The position numbers and the translations under genes are program-made. DNA of 64,000 bases from Terriglobia bacterium (GTDB lineage Bacteria > Acidobacteriota > Terriglobia > 20CM-2-55-15): NCBI GenBank assembly GCA_965218585.1, contig CBDCLE010000010.1:32001-96000 (forward strand). The letters are read 5' to 3'. How positions within the stretch are numbered: the stretch's first letter is position 1; each line of letters opens with the position of its first letter. The notes under the pieces are model-generated. The model was not told where the DNA came from and searched no databases. It worked only from the letters and a program-made list of their open reading frames with translations. This document shows positions 31,055 to 41,394 of the stretch, piece after piece.

Positions 31055-31777
31055 ATGGATAGCGTCTCAGTATTTGCCGCTTTCGCGGCTGGAATCGTTT
31101 CCTTCTTGTCTCCCTGTGTTCTGCCTTTGGTCCCGGGCTACATCTCGATTGTTTCCGGTGTTTCCCTGGAACAACTGCAGTCGGATCGCAGTGCATCGAT
31201 GACCCGGATGGTTATTTTCAACTCTGTTTTCTTTATCTGTGGTTTTTCAGTGACGTTCATCGCATTGGGTGCCTCGGCGACGTTACTGGGACAGGTCATC
31301 ATGGGACAGATGGCTATCCTCTATCGAATTGCCGGCGTCGTGATCATCATTTTCGGCCTTCACCTGATGGGCATCTTCAAGATCCCTTTCCTTTACCAGG
31401 ACAAGCGATTCCATAATGTCGACAAGCCGAGGGGCATGTTTGGCGCCTTTATTCTGGGCCTGGCTTTCGCGTTTGGCTGGACGCCCTGCATCGGCCCGAT
31501 TCTGGCCGGCATCCTGACCTTCGCGAGCACCAAGGAAACTGTCTATCAGGGCATCTTTCTTCTGGCAATCTATTCGGCTGGCCTCGGCCTGCCCTTCCTT
31601 CTGACCAGCCTGGGACTCAATAAGTTCCTGTCCTTTTATGGCCGGTTCAAACACCACTTCCATACCGTGGAAGTTGTCAGCGGCGTTCTCGTTATTACTG
31701 TGGGCGTCCTGATCCTGACCAACAATTTCACCCGACTGTCGGGCTACCTGGGCTTCTTGAACCGCTTCGCACTGTAG
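31055..31777 (+). CDS. ccdA: Cytochrome c biogenesis protein CcdA
   Basis: SFLSPCVLPLVP and GWTPCIGP. Confidence 0.92.
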   Translation: MDSVSVFAAFAAGIVSFLSPCVLPLVPGYISIVSGVSLEQLQSDRSASMTRMVIFNSVFFICGFSVTFIALGASATLLGQVIMGQMAILYRIAGVVIIIFGLHLMGIFKIPFLYQDKRFHNVDKPRGMFGAFILGLAFAFGWTPCIGPILAGILTFASTKETVYQGIFLLAIYSAGLGLPFLLTSLGLNKFLSFYGRFKHHFHTVEVVSGVLVITVGVLILTNNFTRLSGYLGFLNRFAL

Positions 31778-31840
31778 ATCCGATCGGGGCCCTTGCTACG
31801 GACACTTTCCCGAGTCCCGGTGTGTTAGAATCACGCGCCC

Positions 31841-31990
31841 ATGGATGAACTCCTGGCACGTCTTCTGACCAGTGCTGAAGAGAGATACGACGCCGCGCGC
31901 ATTCAGGAGCTGAAGCCGTTTCTTGAACAGGCAGCTTCCGACCTCTACGAACTCTTCCAACACGAACTGGACCCTTCCGATGGCGAGTGA
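31841..31990 (+). CDS. 49-aa acidic helical protein, possible amidase accessory subunit
   Basis: Manual translation MDELLARLLTSAEERYDAARIQELKPFLEQAASDLYELFQHELDPSDGE; overlaps the amidase start. Confidence 0.6.
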   Translation: MDELLARLLTSAEERYDAARIQELKPFLEQAASDLYELFQHELDPSDGE

Positions 31991-33302
31991 AGAACTTTCC
32001 CTCAGCGCGATATCCGAACGGATCCGAAAGCGCGAATCCTCCGCCATCGAAACCACGACCTTCTTTCTGGATCGAATCGCGCGGTCGGATTCGAGGATCC
32101 AGGCGTGGACAACCGTAGATTCCGAGGGCGCCCTGAGACAGGCCGAACTTCTCGACAAGGAAACTGAGAAAAACCGGTATCGGGGCCCGCTCCACGGAGT
32201 CCCAATTGGCCTAAAAGACATCTTTGAAACACGTGGGCTCCGGACGACGATGGGATCGTCGTTGTTCGAGAACCACGTGCCGGACCGTGATGCTGTTGTC
32301 GTTGGGCAGCTAAAGGAAGCAGGGGCCATCGTTCTCGGGAAAACGGTGACGGCCGAGTTTGCCTACTTCGACCCGGGGCCGACGCGTAATCCCTGGAATT
32401 TGGACCATACGCCGGGTGGATCCAGCAGCGGATCGGCTGCCGCTGTTGCCGCAGGGATGTGTCCGGTAGCTACAGGGACTCAGACGGCGGGATCTATCGG
32501 CCGCCCAGCTGCCTTTTGCGGGATCGTGGGCCTGATGCCTACTGCCTCTCGAGTGTCGAGGGAAGGGGTCTTCCCTAATTCCTGGTCGCTGGATCATATC
32601 GGCTCATTTGGGCGCACTGTGGACGACGTGTCAATTATGACTTCCGTCATGGCCGGAGAATCTCTGTCGAATGCGACCGCGCTCGAGGGGAAAAACATCC
32701 GCATAGGTGTCGTGAGAGAGTTCTTCCAGGCACACTCGACTCCCGAAGCCTGGGCTGTTCATCAACAGCTGATCGATCAGTTGAAGAGGGCCGGTCTGGG
32801 GATCCGCGAACTGTCTCTTCCTCCAACATTCGGTATCGCCGTTGCAGCGCTTCGAACGATCATGCGCGTCGAGCTCGCCGCTGCTCACATGGACCTCCAT
32901 GCGCGACACAAGAACGAATACGGCGCCAAGCTGCGCGGAATGATTGAAAGCGGCATTCTTCTTTCTGCAACCGACTATCTTCGGGCCAGGCGCTTGCGAC
33001 GCCGCTATCAGAGGGAAATGCTTGAACTGTTCGACGGCTGTAATGTCATCCTGTCGCCGGGAGCCTGCGGTACAGCTCCGAAGGGCATCAGCACTACCGG
33101 AGATCCCATCATATCCACTCCCTGGACATTGGCAGACTTTCCAACGCTTTCGCTGCCTGTTGGACTCGGCCCGGACCGTCTCCCCCTGGGCATACAACTG
33201 AGCGCAGCACCGCTTGCGGAAGACCGGCTGATTAGAACCGGCAAATGGTTCGAACAGTTTGTGGGTTTCGAAGGACGACCAGTTCTCGAAAACGAAAACT
33301 AA
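31980..33302 (+). CDS. Amidase signature family enzyme
   Basis: GVPIGLKD, PGGSSSGSAAAVA and GTQTAGSI. Confidence 0.93.
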   Translation: MASEELSLSAISERIRKRESSAIETTTFFLDRIARSDSRIQAWTTVDSEGALRQAELLDKETEKNRYRGPLHGVPIGLKDIFETRGLRTTMGSSLFENHVPDRDAVVVGQLKEAGAIVLGKTVTAEFAYFDPGPTRNPWNLDHTPGGSSSGSAAAVAAGMCPVATGTQTAGSIGRPAAFCGIVGLMPTASRVSREGVFPNSWSLDHIGSFGRTVDDVSIMTSVMAGESLSNATALEGKNIRIGVVREFFQAHSTPEAWAVHQQLIDQLKRAGLGIRELSLPPTFGIAVAALRTIMRVELAAAHMDLHARHKNEYGAKLRGMIESGILLSATDYLRARRLRRRYQREMLELFDGCNVILSPGACGTAPKGISTTGDPIISTPWTLADFPTLSLPVGLGPDRLPLGIQLSAAPLAEDRLIRTGKWFEQFVGFEGRPVLENEN

Positions 33303-33323
33303 CAGGTTACGATAAGACACCCA

Positions 33324-34190
33324 ATGGTTCGCTCCTCTACAGCACTGGCACTCCTCAAAGTTCTTATAACTACGGCCTGGGCAGATTCAGAGCTATCGCA
33401 AGCCGAGTTGAATTACATCAAGGAACTTGCGCGGCGTTTCGATCTGGACGACTCGGACTGGTTTGAACTCCAGCCTTATATCGAAGACCCCGTATCTGAG
33501 GAAGAACAGATGGCGGTCATCCAGGATCTTCTGTCGAGAATAGGATCGTCTTCAGAACGCCAGACTGTTATCAAACACATCGAAGGGATCATTCATGCCG
33601 ATGACCGCGTGACCGAGGAAGAACGGAAACTCTTAGAGCGTTATGAAGCAGTACTCGCCAAGCCCTCGTCACTAGACCTGATGCTCAGCGGCCTGAAAAA
33701 TCTGTTCCAGTCGCCGCCACGCAAGTCGCAAGTAGATGTGGACGAATTCCTGAGAAACAAGATCCTTTTTAAACTGCGTCGACGGGCGGGAGATGACCAG
33801 ATTACTCCCGAGATGCATCGCCTGGCACTGTTAGGGGGTTTGATGGGTGTCGTCGCCCACGCCGATCACGACATCAACGAACGCGAACTGGCTGAAATTC
33901 GGCGACGGCTCTCCGAGCGCGGTGACTTCGATGACACGGCGCTGGACCTCCTGCTGACTATCATTCATGAAGAATCTGTCCGGGGACTCGATCGCTATCG
34001 TATGATCAACGAATACGCCGGAGACTCGAGCCTGGAAGAACGGGTTGAACTACTCGACCTGCTGTTTGCAGTGGCTTCCGCCGACGGCGGACTGACCCAC
34101 ACGGAACTGGAAGAATTGCGAGCTGTTTCTTCCGCCCTCCACCTGAGCCACAAACAGTACATCAACGCGAAGGTGCGCGCTAAAAAGTAA
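33324..34190 (+). CDS. Double TerB-like domain protein
   Basis: AWADSELSQAE, HADDRVTEEE, VAHADHDINERE and VASADGGL. Confidence 0.75.
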   Translation: MVRSSTALALLKVLITTAWADSELSQAELNYIKELARRFDLDDSDWFELQPYIEDPVSEEEQMAVIQDLLSRIGSSSERQTVIKHIEGIIHADDRVTEEERKLLERYEAVLAKPSSLDLMLSGLKNLFQSPPRKSQVDVDEFLRNKILFKLRRRAGDDQITPEMHRLALLGGLMGVVAHADHDINERELAEIRRRLSERGDFDDTALDLLLTIIHEESVRGLDRYRMINEYAGDSSLEERVELLDLLFAVASADGGLTHTELEELRAVSSALHLSHKQYINAKVRAKK

Positions 34191-34192
34191 CG

Positions 34193-34846
34193 CTAGGCCC
34201 GAGCCAGAGCCAGGACTCTCGGCTCGTGAATGACGAAGAGCGGCGCGACAGCCTTAAACGTCCCGAGGGCGATCCGTTTGAACCCCGCGGAATTCATTCG
34301 AACCATTTCATCCTGATCAATACGACGGCCGATCACCAGCTGACCGTCTCTTCGGCGCATCAACTCCTTGCCGAGTTCGACAAATTCTTTGCGCGACCAA
34401 CCTTTCAGTTCGGCTTCCGGGCGCTCGTTATGTTCGTCCCGGAACCACGCCAGCTTTTTCCCCCCGCCCACTGTTTCGGTAATGTGGGGAATGTCTCGCT
34501 TCCACTTCAGAGCCCATTCAGCCTTGTCGTAATATTCAGGTCCCACTTCGAACAGAAGTCGAACACAATTACGCGATACGGCAAGCTTGAAATGTACGTC
34601 CTTTTTGTAGCCCCGTTTGTCCCCACCCAGGGCGGCCCAGGTATCGTCGGGCGGGTTTACGGTCCGCCGTGCGTGCTTGGCTACATGCACGTAGAGAGGT
34701 TGATCCACGAGGCCGGCGACGCCTGGCGCGAGAGCCTCTCCCATTTCAGTCAGCCTGGGCCGGATCCGGCCGCGAATCGCCTCCATACGTTCCTCAAAAC
34801 CCTCGATGTCGAAAACCTTGAAATCCTTGGAAGTGAACAGTTCCAT
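34193..34846 (-). CDS. DUF1054 (YktB-like) protein
   Basis: HVAKHARRTVNPPDDTWAA and RGYKK. Confidence 0.85.
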   Translation of the reverse strand: MELFTSKDFKVFDIEGFEERMEAIRGRIRPRLTEMGEALAPGVAGLVDQPLYVHVAKHARRTVNPPDDTWAALGGDKRGYKKDVHFKLAVSRNCVRLLFEVGPEYYDKAEWALKWKRDIPHITETVGGGKKLAWFRDEHNERPEAELKGWSRKEFVELGKELMRRRDGQLVIGRRIDQDEMVRMNSAGFKRIALGTFKAVAPLFVIHEPRVLALARA

Positions 34847-34909
34847 AGTCTCCTCTTCTGTCGTTGGTTAATGCGATCATTCTAAAACATCGAATCGGAC
34901 GGCGTCTCA

Positions 34910-36823
34910 TTGTGTTCGATAAAGATGAAATTTCGTTTTATGCCACAACAATCCGCGACACCCGTCCCTGGATTCAGTAAACTTTTACGAATGTCCTCCC
35001 ATTCGCAATTGAGACGCCAAGGCCGGCTGCTGGGCTCGGTTGGGATTCTCGTTGGACTTCTGCTGCTCAATCCTTCGGCCAGTGCGGCCCAGGCGATCTA
35101 TGCAGCAAATCAGATGCCTGCCAACGGGGTCTCGATCGAATACGAAATCACAATCGACGACCCATCCTCCCACCTATACACCGTCGAAATGGACATTCGA
35201 GGAGTGCGGGACCAGACTTTGCAGTTAGCAATGCCCGCCTGGGCTCCGGGAGACCACAGGATTCGGGACTTTGCCCGTAACGTCCAGAACTTTCGGGTAC
35301 AGACCCGATCCGGAGAAAGAACTCTCAACTGGCAGAAGGCAGACAAGCAGACATGGGAGATCGTCAAAGGACTGGATGAGGATGTCGAGGTCACTTACGA
35401 CGTCTATTCGACGGAATTGACCTCCCAGATGGCGGATATTTCAGGTCCCGCAACTTACATGTACGTGGTTGGACACAAGCACGTCCCTGTCACTCTGCGA
35501 TACGAAAAGCCCGGCGCCTGGAACGTGTACACGGGCCTTCGAAACAGTCGGGGGACCTACCGCGCTCCAGATTACGACGTCTTCATCGATGCCCCTGCTT
35601 TTGTCGGGCCGTTCGGATTGCTGGAATTCACATTGGAAGATGTGGAGTATCGTCTCGTCTTCAGCGAACCCGACGTGGAATTCAACGAAGATCAAATTCT
35701 GACCGACATACGAGACATTGTCACCGCCGCCGTAGATGTGTTCGGGCCAGCGCCTGTTGACAGTTACACCTTTTTGTTCAAAGTCCTCCCGGCTCCCGGA
35801 AGCGGCGGACTCGAACACCTCAACTCGACACGCATAACCGTCGGAAGAAACGATTTCGCCAATGGGCCCCGATACGAACGTTTTCTTTTCGTAGTTGCGC
35901 ACGAATTCTTTCATCTCTGGAACGGAAAACGCATACGGCCCGCCGCTGAGAGCGCCTTCGACTATACGCGTGAAGCACCCTCCCGGCTTCTCTGGGCGAC
36001 GGAAGGATTGACCAGCTACTATGCTCGCCTGCTCCTCGCTCGCGCGCGAATTCTACCGATAGAAACCTACCTTGCCCAACTGGGACTGGAAGTGAATCGC
36101 TTTCAGCATCGACCTGGGCGTTTCCTGATGAACCTTGAGGAAGCCAGTTGGGAAGTCTGGGCGCCGAGTGACAACAGCGACAACAACAGTATTTCTTACT
36201 TCACGAAAGGCGAGATCGTGGGTTTCCTCCTCGACATGGAAATCCGAGCGCGGACCGGTGGAGATAAGAGCCTCGACGACGTCATGCGGTATCTGTTGGA
36301 AACCTACGCCGACCAAGGGGTCGGCGTACCTGAAGAAGGGTTTCTCAGCGCGTTGAACGAGGTCGCGGGATCGGATTTCGAGGAAGCCTACACGTCTCTT
36401 GTTCAGGGCCGTGCCGAACCCGATTACAACCGCTATGCCGGTCAGGCGGGCCTGAATGTAAGAGTCGACCGACAACTCCCGGCACTGTATATGGGAGTTC
36501 AGGTTCAAGAAGGTGAGGGTGGTACGGCACGGATCTCAAGGGTGGTTCCTGCCAGCCCTGCCGCGGAGGCCGGCTTCGACGCCGGAGACATTCTCTTGGC
36601 ATTCGCGGACCGGCGCATTACGTTCAACAATTTTCAGAGCGAACTCCGCCGACGAAAACTGGGAGAAACCATTGACGTCACAATCGCGCGAGGAGACCGG
36701 GTTCTCGCGTTGGAGTTCAGACCCGGTGAGAACCAGGAAACAACCTGGAGTATAGTAGAGACTTCGAACCCTACGCCGGAACAGTTGGAAATCAGAAATA
36801 GTTGGATCGGAGCTTTCAATTAG
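34910..36823 (+). CDS. M61 aminopeptidase with PDZ domain
   Basis: GGLEHLNS, AHEFFHLWN, EGLTSYY and C-terminal PDZ; start uncertain. Confidence 0.9.
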   Translation: MCSIKMKFRFMPQQSATPVPGFSKLLRMSSHSQLRRQGRLLGSVGILVGLLLLNPSASAAQAIYAANQMPANGVSIEYEITIDDPSSHLYTVEMDIRGVRDQTLQLAMPAWAPGDHRIRDFARNVQNFRVQTRSGERTLNWQKADKQTWEIVKGLDEDVEVTYDVYSTELTSQMADISGPATYMYVVGHKHVPVTLRYEKPGAWNVYTGLRNSRGTYRAPDYDVFIDAPAFVGPFGLLEFTLEDVEYRLVFSEPDVEFNEDQILTDIRDIVTAAVDVFGPAPVDSYTFLFKVLPAPGSGGLEHLNSTRITVGRNDFANGPRYERFLFVVAHEFFHLWNGKRIRPAAESAFDYTREAPSRLLWATEGLTSYYARLLLARARILPIETYLAQLGLEVNRFQHRPGRFLMNLEEASWEVWAPSDNSDNNSISYFTKGEIVGFLLDMEIRARTGGDKSLDDVMRYLLETYADQGVGVPEEGFLSALNEVAGSDFEEAYTSLVQGRAEPDYNRYAGQAGLNVRVDRQLPALYMGVQVQEGEGGTARISRVVPASPAAEAGFDAGDILLAFADRRITFNNFQSELRRRKLGETIDVTIARGDRVLALEFRPGENQETTWSIVETSNPTPEQLEIRNSWIGAFN

Positions 36824-36846
36824 AAGGAGATAGGAGGGGATTATCG

Positions 36847-37074
36847 ATGGAAATCGAACTCGTTTACTGTCAGGTGTGAAACTATGAGCCTCAGGCGGTC
36901 AGCCTGATAGAAAAGCTCAGTACCGAGTTTAAAACCCGGATCAAACGCTTCGTAATGGTTCCCTCCGACGGGGGACGCTTCGAAGTCAGCGTGAACGGCT
37001 CGCTGATCTATTCGAAACTGGAAACGGGCCGGTTCCCGGAATTTGACGAAATCTCCAAGAAACTGCCAGCCTGA
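36847..37074 (+). CDS. Rdx (SelT/SelW/SelH) family selenoprotein, CxxU
   Basis: RBS GGAGG; MEIELVYCQV-U(TGA 36877-36879)-NYEPQAVSL...GGRFEV...IYSKLETGRFP. Confidence 0.88.
36891..36907 (+). promoter_or_regulatory. Putative bacterial SECIS hairpin
   Basis: TCAGGC-GGTCA-GCCTGA stem-loop starting 11 nt after the UGA, with a G-led loop. Confidence 0.7.
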
Positions 37075-37079
37075 GAACC

Positions 37080-37105
37080 GAAGGGCGGCCCGAGAGCCGT
37101 CCTTC
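37080..37105. terminator. Putative terminator hairpin
   Basis: GAAGGGCGGC-CCGAGA-GCCGTCCTTC between convergent genes; weak U tail. Confidence 0.5.
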
Positions 37106-37202
37106 CGACACTCACGTCATACTCGAGATAACATCTACTAAGACACACTAGTACAATATGTTAGTAACTTCTGGTCTCTCGACAACAATTACCGGTAACA
37201 GA

Positions 37203-38045
37203 CTACGCCGGCCCCGCCAGATTCAACGGATCCGAAGGCCCATGGCCATGGCCTAGCTGAAGACGGTTCCGGATGGCGGCCAACGTGAATCTCTTCCCTG
37301 CACTGACTGCCTCCTGCATGGTCTCTCCACGCGCAAGATAGGCCGTAATCGCGGAGGAAAGAACACATCCGGTACCGCGGGATTCCGCATTCTCGATTCT
37401 TTCGCCTTCGAGACGATCCAACTTCTCGCCGTCAAAAAACACGTCGACGGCCATGTCACCTTCCAGGTGTCCGCCTTTTACGAGAACATTGGCGGCGCCT
37501 AGGTCGTGGAGTCGGCGGGCTGCCTTTTCCATCGCCGGCACGGTCCGAACAGGCTCCCCGACCAACGCTTCCGCCTCATCAAGGTTAGGTGTCACCAGTG
37601 TTATCAACGGGAACATACAGTCGCGAAAGACGTCTTGCGCATCGGAATCAAGCAGCATCGTTCCCGAACTGGACTTCATTACCGGATCCAGGACAACCTG
37701 ACGGCAATTGTATTCGGCTAACTTTCTGGAAACGATCTCGGCATTGGCGGCGCTGGCCAACATCCCAATCTTGACCCCGTCAGGTGAAATGTCACCCATC
37801 ACAGCGTCCAGTTGCGCCGTCAAAACGCTCCCTCCAACATCGAAGACTCCACTCACTCGCCCGGTGTTCTGGGCCGTGAGGGCTGTCACCACAGCCATTC
37901 CGTAGACTCTTAGAGCGGAAAAGGTCTTCAGGTCAGCCCCGATTCCAGCCGCGCCGCTGGGGTCAGATCCTGCAATGGCTAGTGCCGTGGGTATCACGAT
38001 GCTCTCGGGTTTGCTGATCGTTTGAGTTGCACGGTTCTGGGCCAC
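37203..38045 (-). CDS. thiD: Hydroxymethylpyrimidine/phosphomethylpyrimidine kinase
   Basis: IAGSDPSGAAGIGADLK, TAQNT, DPVM, TPNLDE, KGGH and GTGC. Confidence 0.95.
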   Translation of the reverse strand: MAQNRATQTISKPESIVIPTALAIAGSDPSGAAGIGADLKTFSALRVYGMAVVTALTAQNTGRVSGVFDVGGSVLTAQLDAVMGDISPDGVKIGMLASAANAEIVSRKLAEYNCRQVVLDPVMKSSSGTMLLDSDAQDVFRDCMFPLITLVTPNLDEAEALVGEPVRTVPAMEKAARRLHDLGAANVLVKGGHLEGDMAVDVFFDGEKLDRLEGERIENAESRGTGCVLSSAITAYLARGETMQEAVSAGKRFTLAAIRNRLQLGHGHGPSDPLNLAGPA

Positions 38046-38164
38046 ATCATCGCATTATATCGTTGGAAAGGAACGGTGAGGGCCGAGGATAAAACGGTCC
38101 CGGATAGAACGAACCGTATTCGGGAACACTTCAGGCTGAATAACAGGACTGCTACAATGTCCGC

Positions 38165-38773
38165 ATGTTGGCAAGAACCTTCACGTGTTTACTGGCCATG
38201 GGACCCGTCGGGTTTGCCCAGGTACCCGCAGGACCGCCTTTTGACCCGGATGTCCATCCCAATCCGATCGTTACTTTCGTTCGGAGCAGTGATTTTTCTC
38301 CGACGACATATGATGAAGCAGCAGACAACGCCGGCATTGAGATCGTTGGCCTGTCCTCGGGCACGGCAACCCGGGAAAGTATCGAGATTACCGAGGGTAG
38401 TGTGGAGGAAGTTAAGATCCTCGGTCGGGACATCGAAACTCTCTTCTTCCCTGTTGTGCGGCAACGATTTCAGTTGAACGCCGGCGGGACGCTGACGCTC
38501 TATTCATTCAGAAACCCGAGACCGGACATTGCAGATCGTTTTCTGACATCGGTACTCAACCAACACGCCTTCGCGTCCGAAGACGATCCCTAAAAAGCCC
38601 GCTTCGGAGGGATCGCTGCTCCTGAGCAACTCGGGGTCCTGGGCGTGCCCGCGCTGTTGTTTAACAACGATGGCGAGCTGACGCTGTTCTGGCAGGACCA
38701 GAATGCGTCCTATGTGGCGGACTCGACCATAGATACTGATGCGCTCCTGCGCCTGGTCGAAGACCTGCTCTAG
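38165..38773 (+). pseudogene. Secreted hypothetical protein with in-frame TAA at 38591-38593
   Basis: Signal-like N-terminus; the frame continues for 59 sense codons (KARFGG...VEDLL) to TAG 38771-38773. Confidence 0.65.
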
Positions 38774-39042
38774 TGACCTGTACCACCCATATTGGGACCA
38801 GCGTTGCGGCCAAACGGCATTGGATTCTAGGAGTCAGCGACGAGGAAATGCTTCGTTATTGCGAGGAGCTGACGACAACGAAGACGATGCCGTTTCGCCG
38901 TAACCCTAGGGGCCGATGGGGGTTGCGTGCGATATCTTTGTTACGAGCCGTCATTGATGCGATAACATCAATTTCCGTCTCGCGCCGCGATCTCGCCCGC
39001 AAGACCCATCGGCGCTGGTCCCAATATGGGTCGTACAGGCCA
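38774..39042. mobile_element. MITE-A copy 2 (269 bp)
   Basis: Diverged copy of 27422-27687; CTAG flanks at 38770-38773 and 39043-39046. Confidence 0.9.
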
Positions 39043-39081
39043 CTAGTGGGAAACACTGTATAGAGAATCCCTGAAAGCACT

Positions 39082-41379
39082 GTGAATCGCCTCGACAGAT
39101 ATATCTTCCGCGAAGTCCTCACTCCGACTCTGATCGCTCTGATCGCGCTCACCTTCGTGATCGTCGGCCGTGAGCTGAGCGCGTTGCTCGAACTGATGGT
39201 CCGCCGCTCCGCGACTGGCTACGAACTGTTTTCGATAACGGCGGCCATCATTCCCGGAGCTTTGATGTTCACGATTCCCACTGCGGTTCTCGTGGGTGTG
39301 TTGACCGGATTCGGGCGCCTTTCTTCCGACAGTGAAAGTGTGGCTTTCAGAGCTGCGGGTCTGTCCATGATGACGATCCTGCGACCCGTACTGACTCTGG
39401 GCCTCCTGGCATGGGGCGCTAATTTCTACCTGTCAGTCTGGGTTGCACCAACGGCAGCTGCCAACCTCCAGCAGATCACGCGATCCATCGGAATTCGACA
39501 ACTCGCTCTGGAACTTCAGCCCCGAGTTTTTAACGAAGACGTAGAAGATCTGGTCCTCTACGTTCAGGATGTTTCCCCGGACGGGAGCGAATGGCGGGGC
39601 ATTCTCCTCGCCGACCTGGAAAATCCAGACGAACCTCAGGTCACCTTCGCACAATCGGGCCAGTTGATCAGCGATCCTGAGAATGAGCAGTACCAGTTGA
39701 CGCTGCTGAATGCCAGCCGGCATGAAGTCTCTCCTTTGACACCAGATCGCTTTTCCTCAACTCGATTCGCCACATTGACGCTACCTATTCCGATTTCTAA
39801 CGAAACCATGGCCGCCCCGGAGTCGACGCCATTTGAATTGTCGACCCGGGCTCTCTGGAGTGCAGTTCAGGCCGGCTCGGCCACGTATGCCGAGCAGGTC
39901 GAATTTCACCGCCGTCTGGCACTTCCGTTTGCCTCGCTGGCCTTCGCCCTGATCGGCTTTCCTCTGGGTCTATCCACGAATAGAGGCGGCCGATCCATGG
40001 GACTGGTCATCAGCGCCGCGCTCATGCTGATCTACTACATGGTCTTCATAGGAGGGACGCGGATTGCGGGCAACGCTCAGATGTCACCCTTCCTGGGAAC
40101 CTGGGGGGCCAACCTTGGCTTTGCCCTGCTGGGAGTGTTCCTGATTCTCCGCTCGGAACGCGAGCGCACCAACCGAGTGCTGGACATCATTCTCGACACC
40201 GGTGAATGGCTCGGCCAACGCTTCTCATCCCTTCGGGGGGGACCCAAGCGAATCAGCAAATGGGCCTACTCGCTCACACACCATCCGACGTGGTTCCGAA
40301 CACTCGATGTCTACGTGCTGAAGAGCTTCTGGTTCTTCTTCCTTCTTGTCCTTGTCGTGTTCGTGGCGATGTTCGTCGTCGTGACTCTCTTCGAGTTACT
40401 ACCCGATATCGTCCAGAACAACGCGAGTGTCGAAGTCGTGGGCAGTTACTTCTTCTACCTTCTGCCGCAGATTCTCTATTGGGTCATTCCCCTCGCTGTC
40501 CTCGTAGCCGTCCTGGTCAACCTTGGAACGTTGACGAAGACGAACGAAACTCTTGCAGTCAAAGCCGGGGCCATAAGCCTCTACCGTATGTCTGTCCCGC
40601 TGCTCCTGACCGGCCTGCTGCTGTCGGGGGGCATCTACGTCATGCAGGACTTTCTTCTGCCCTACACGAACCAGAGGCAGGATGAATTCCGGAATCGAAT
40701 CAAGGGCAGGCCACCTCAGACTTATCGTGACCCATTGCGAAAGTGGATGGCCGGTTCGGACAACCACATCTACTATTACAATTACTTCGATCCCGAGCAG
40801 AACTTCTTCCCAGGCATTTCGGTGTTCGAGTTCGAGCCAGCCACTTTTTCTCTTCGGCGATGGACGTTTGCCGAACAGGCTGGCTGGAACGGCCAGTCGT
40901 GGGCATTCTCCAGCGGATGGACGGCTTCGATCGACGGCAACGGCCAGATGTCGGACTACGATTCGTTCGAACAGCTCGACTACGCCGAGATGAATGAGGA
41001 TCCCGACTATTTCAAAAAGGAAGTACTGACCGCATCTCAGATGAATTACCCGGAGCTGAGTCGCTATATCGACGACCTGAGCCAGAGCGGGTTTGATGTG
41101 AGCGGCCTGACCGTCGATCTATATCGGAAGCTGTCGTTTCCCCTGGTGTCGGCCATCATGGTCATCATTGCCATTCCCTTTTCGTTCACGACTGGCCGCC
41201 GAGGCACTTTTTACGGGATCGGCATATCCATCGTCATCGGAATCAGTTATTGGGCAGCCTTCGAGCTCTTCGACAAGCTGGGGGGAATAAACCAGCTCTC
41301 ACCTCTGATCGCTGCGTGGTTCCCCAACCTGATCTTCGGGTTCAGCGGATTCTGGCTGCTCCTGAAGGTCCGGACGTAA
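39082..41379 (+). CDS. Fused LptF-LptG LPS export permease
   Basis: Two YjgP/YjgQ halves, each starting with an LDxY motif and ending with WxxN. Confidence 0.9.
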   Translation: MNRLDRYIFREVLTPTLIALIALTFVIVGRELSALLELMVRRSATGYELFSITAAIIPGALMFTIPTAVLVGVLTGFGRLSSDSESVAFRAAGLSMMTILRPVLTLGLLAWGANFYLSVWVAPTAAANLQQITRSIGIRQLALELQPRVFNEDVEDLVLYVQDVSPDGSEWRGILLADLENPDEPQVTFAQSGQLISDPENEQYQLTLLNASRHEVSPLTPDRFSSTRFATLTLPIPISNETMAAPESTPFELSTRALWSAVQAGSATYAEQVEFHRRLALPFASLAFALIGFPLGLSTNRGGRSMGLVISAALMLIYYMVFIGGTRIAGNAQMSPFLGTWGANLGFALLGVFLILRSERERTNRVLDIILDTGEWLGQRFSSLRGGPKRISKWAYSLTHHPTWFRTLDVYVLKSFWFFFLLVLVVFVAMFVVVTLFELLPDIVQNNASVEVVGSYFFYLLPQILYWVIPLAVLVAVLVNLGTLTKTNETLAVKAGAISLYRMSVPLLLTGLLLSGGIYVMQDFLLPYTNQRQDEFRNRIKGRPPQTYRDPLRKWMAGSDNHIYYYNYFDPEQNFFPGISVFEFEPATFSLRRWTFAEQAGWNGQSWAFSSGWTASIDGNGQMSDYDSFEQLDYAEMNEDPDYFKKEVLTASQMNYPELSRYIDDLSQSGFDVSGLTVDLYRKLSFPLVSAIMVIIAIPFSFTTGRRGTFYGIGISIVIGISYWAAFELFDKLGGINQLSPLIAAWFPNLIFGFSGFWLLLKVRT

Positions 41380-41394
41380 AAAAGGGGAAATTTT

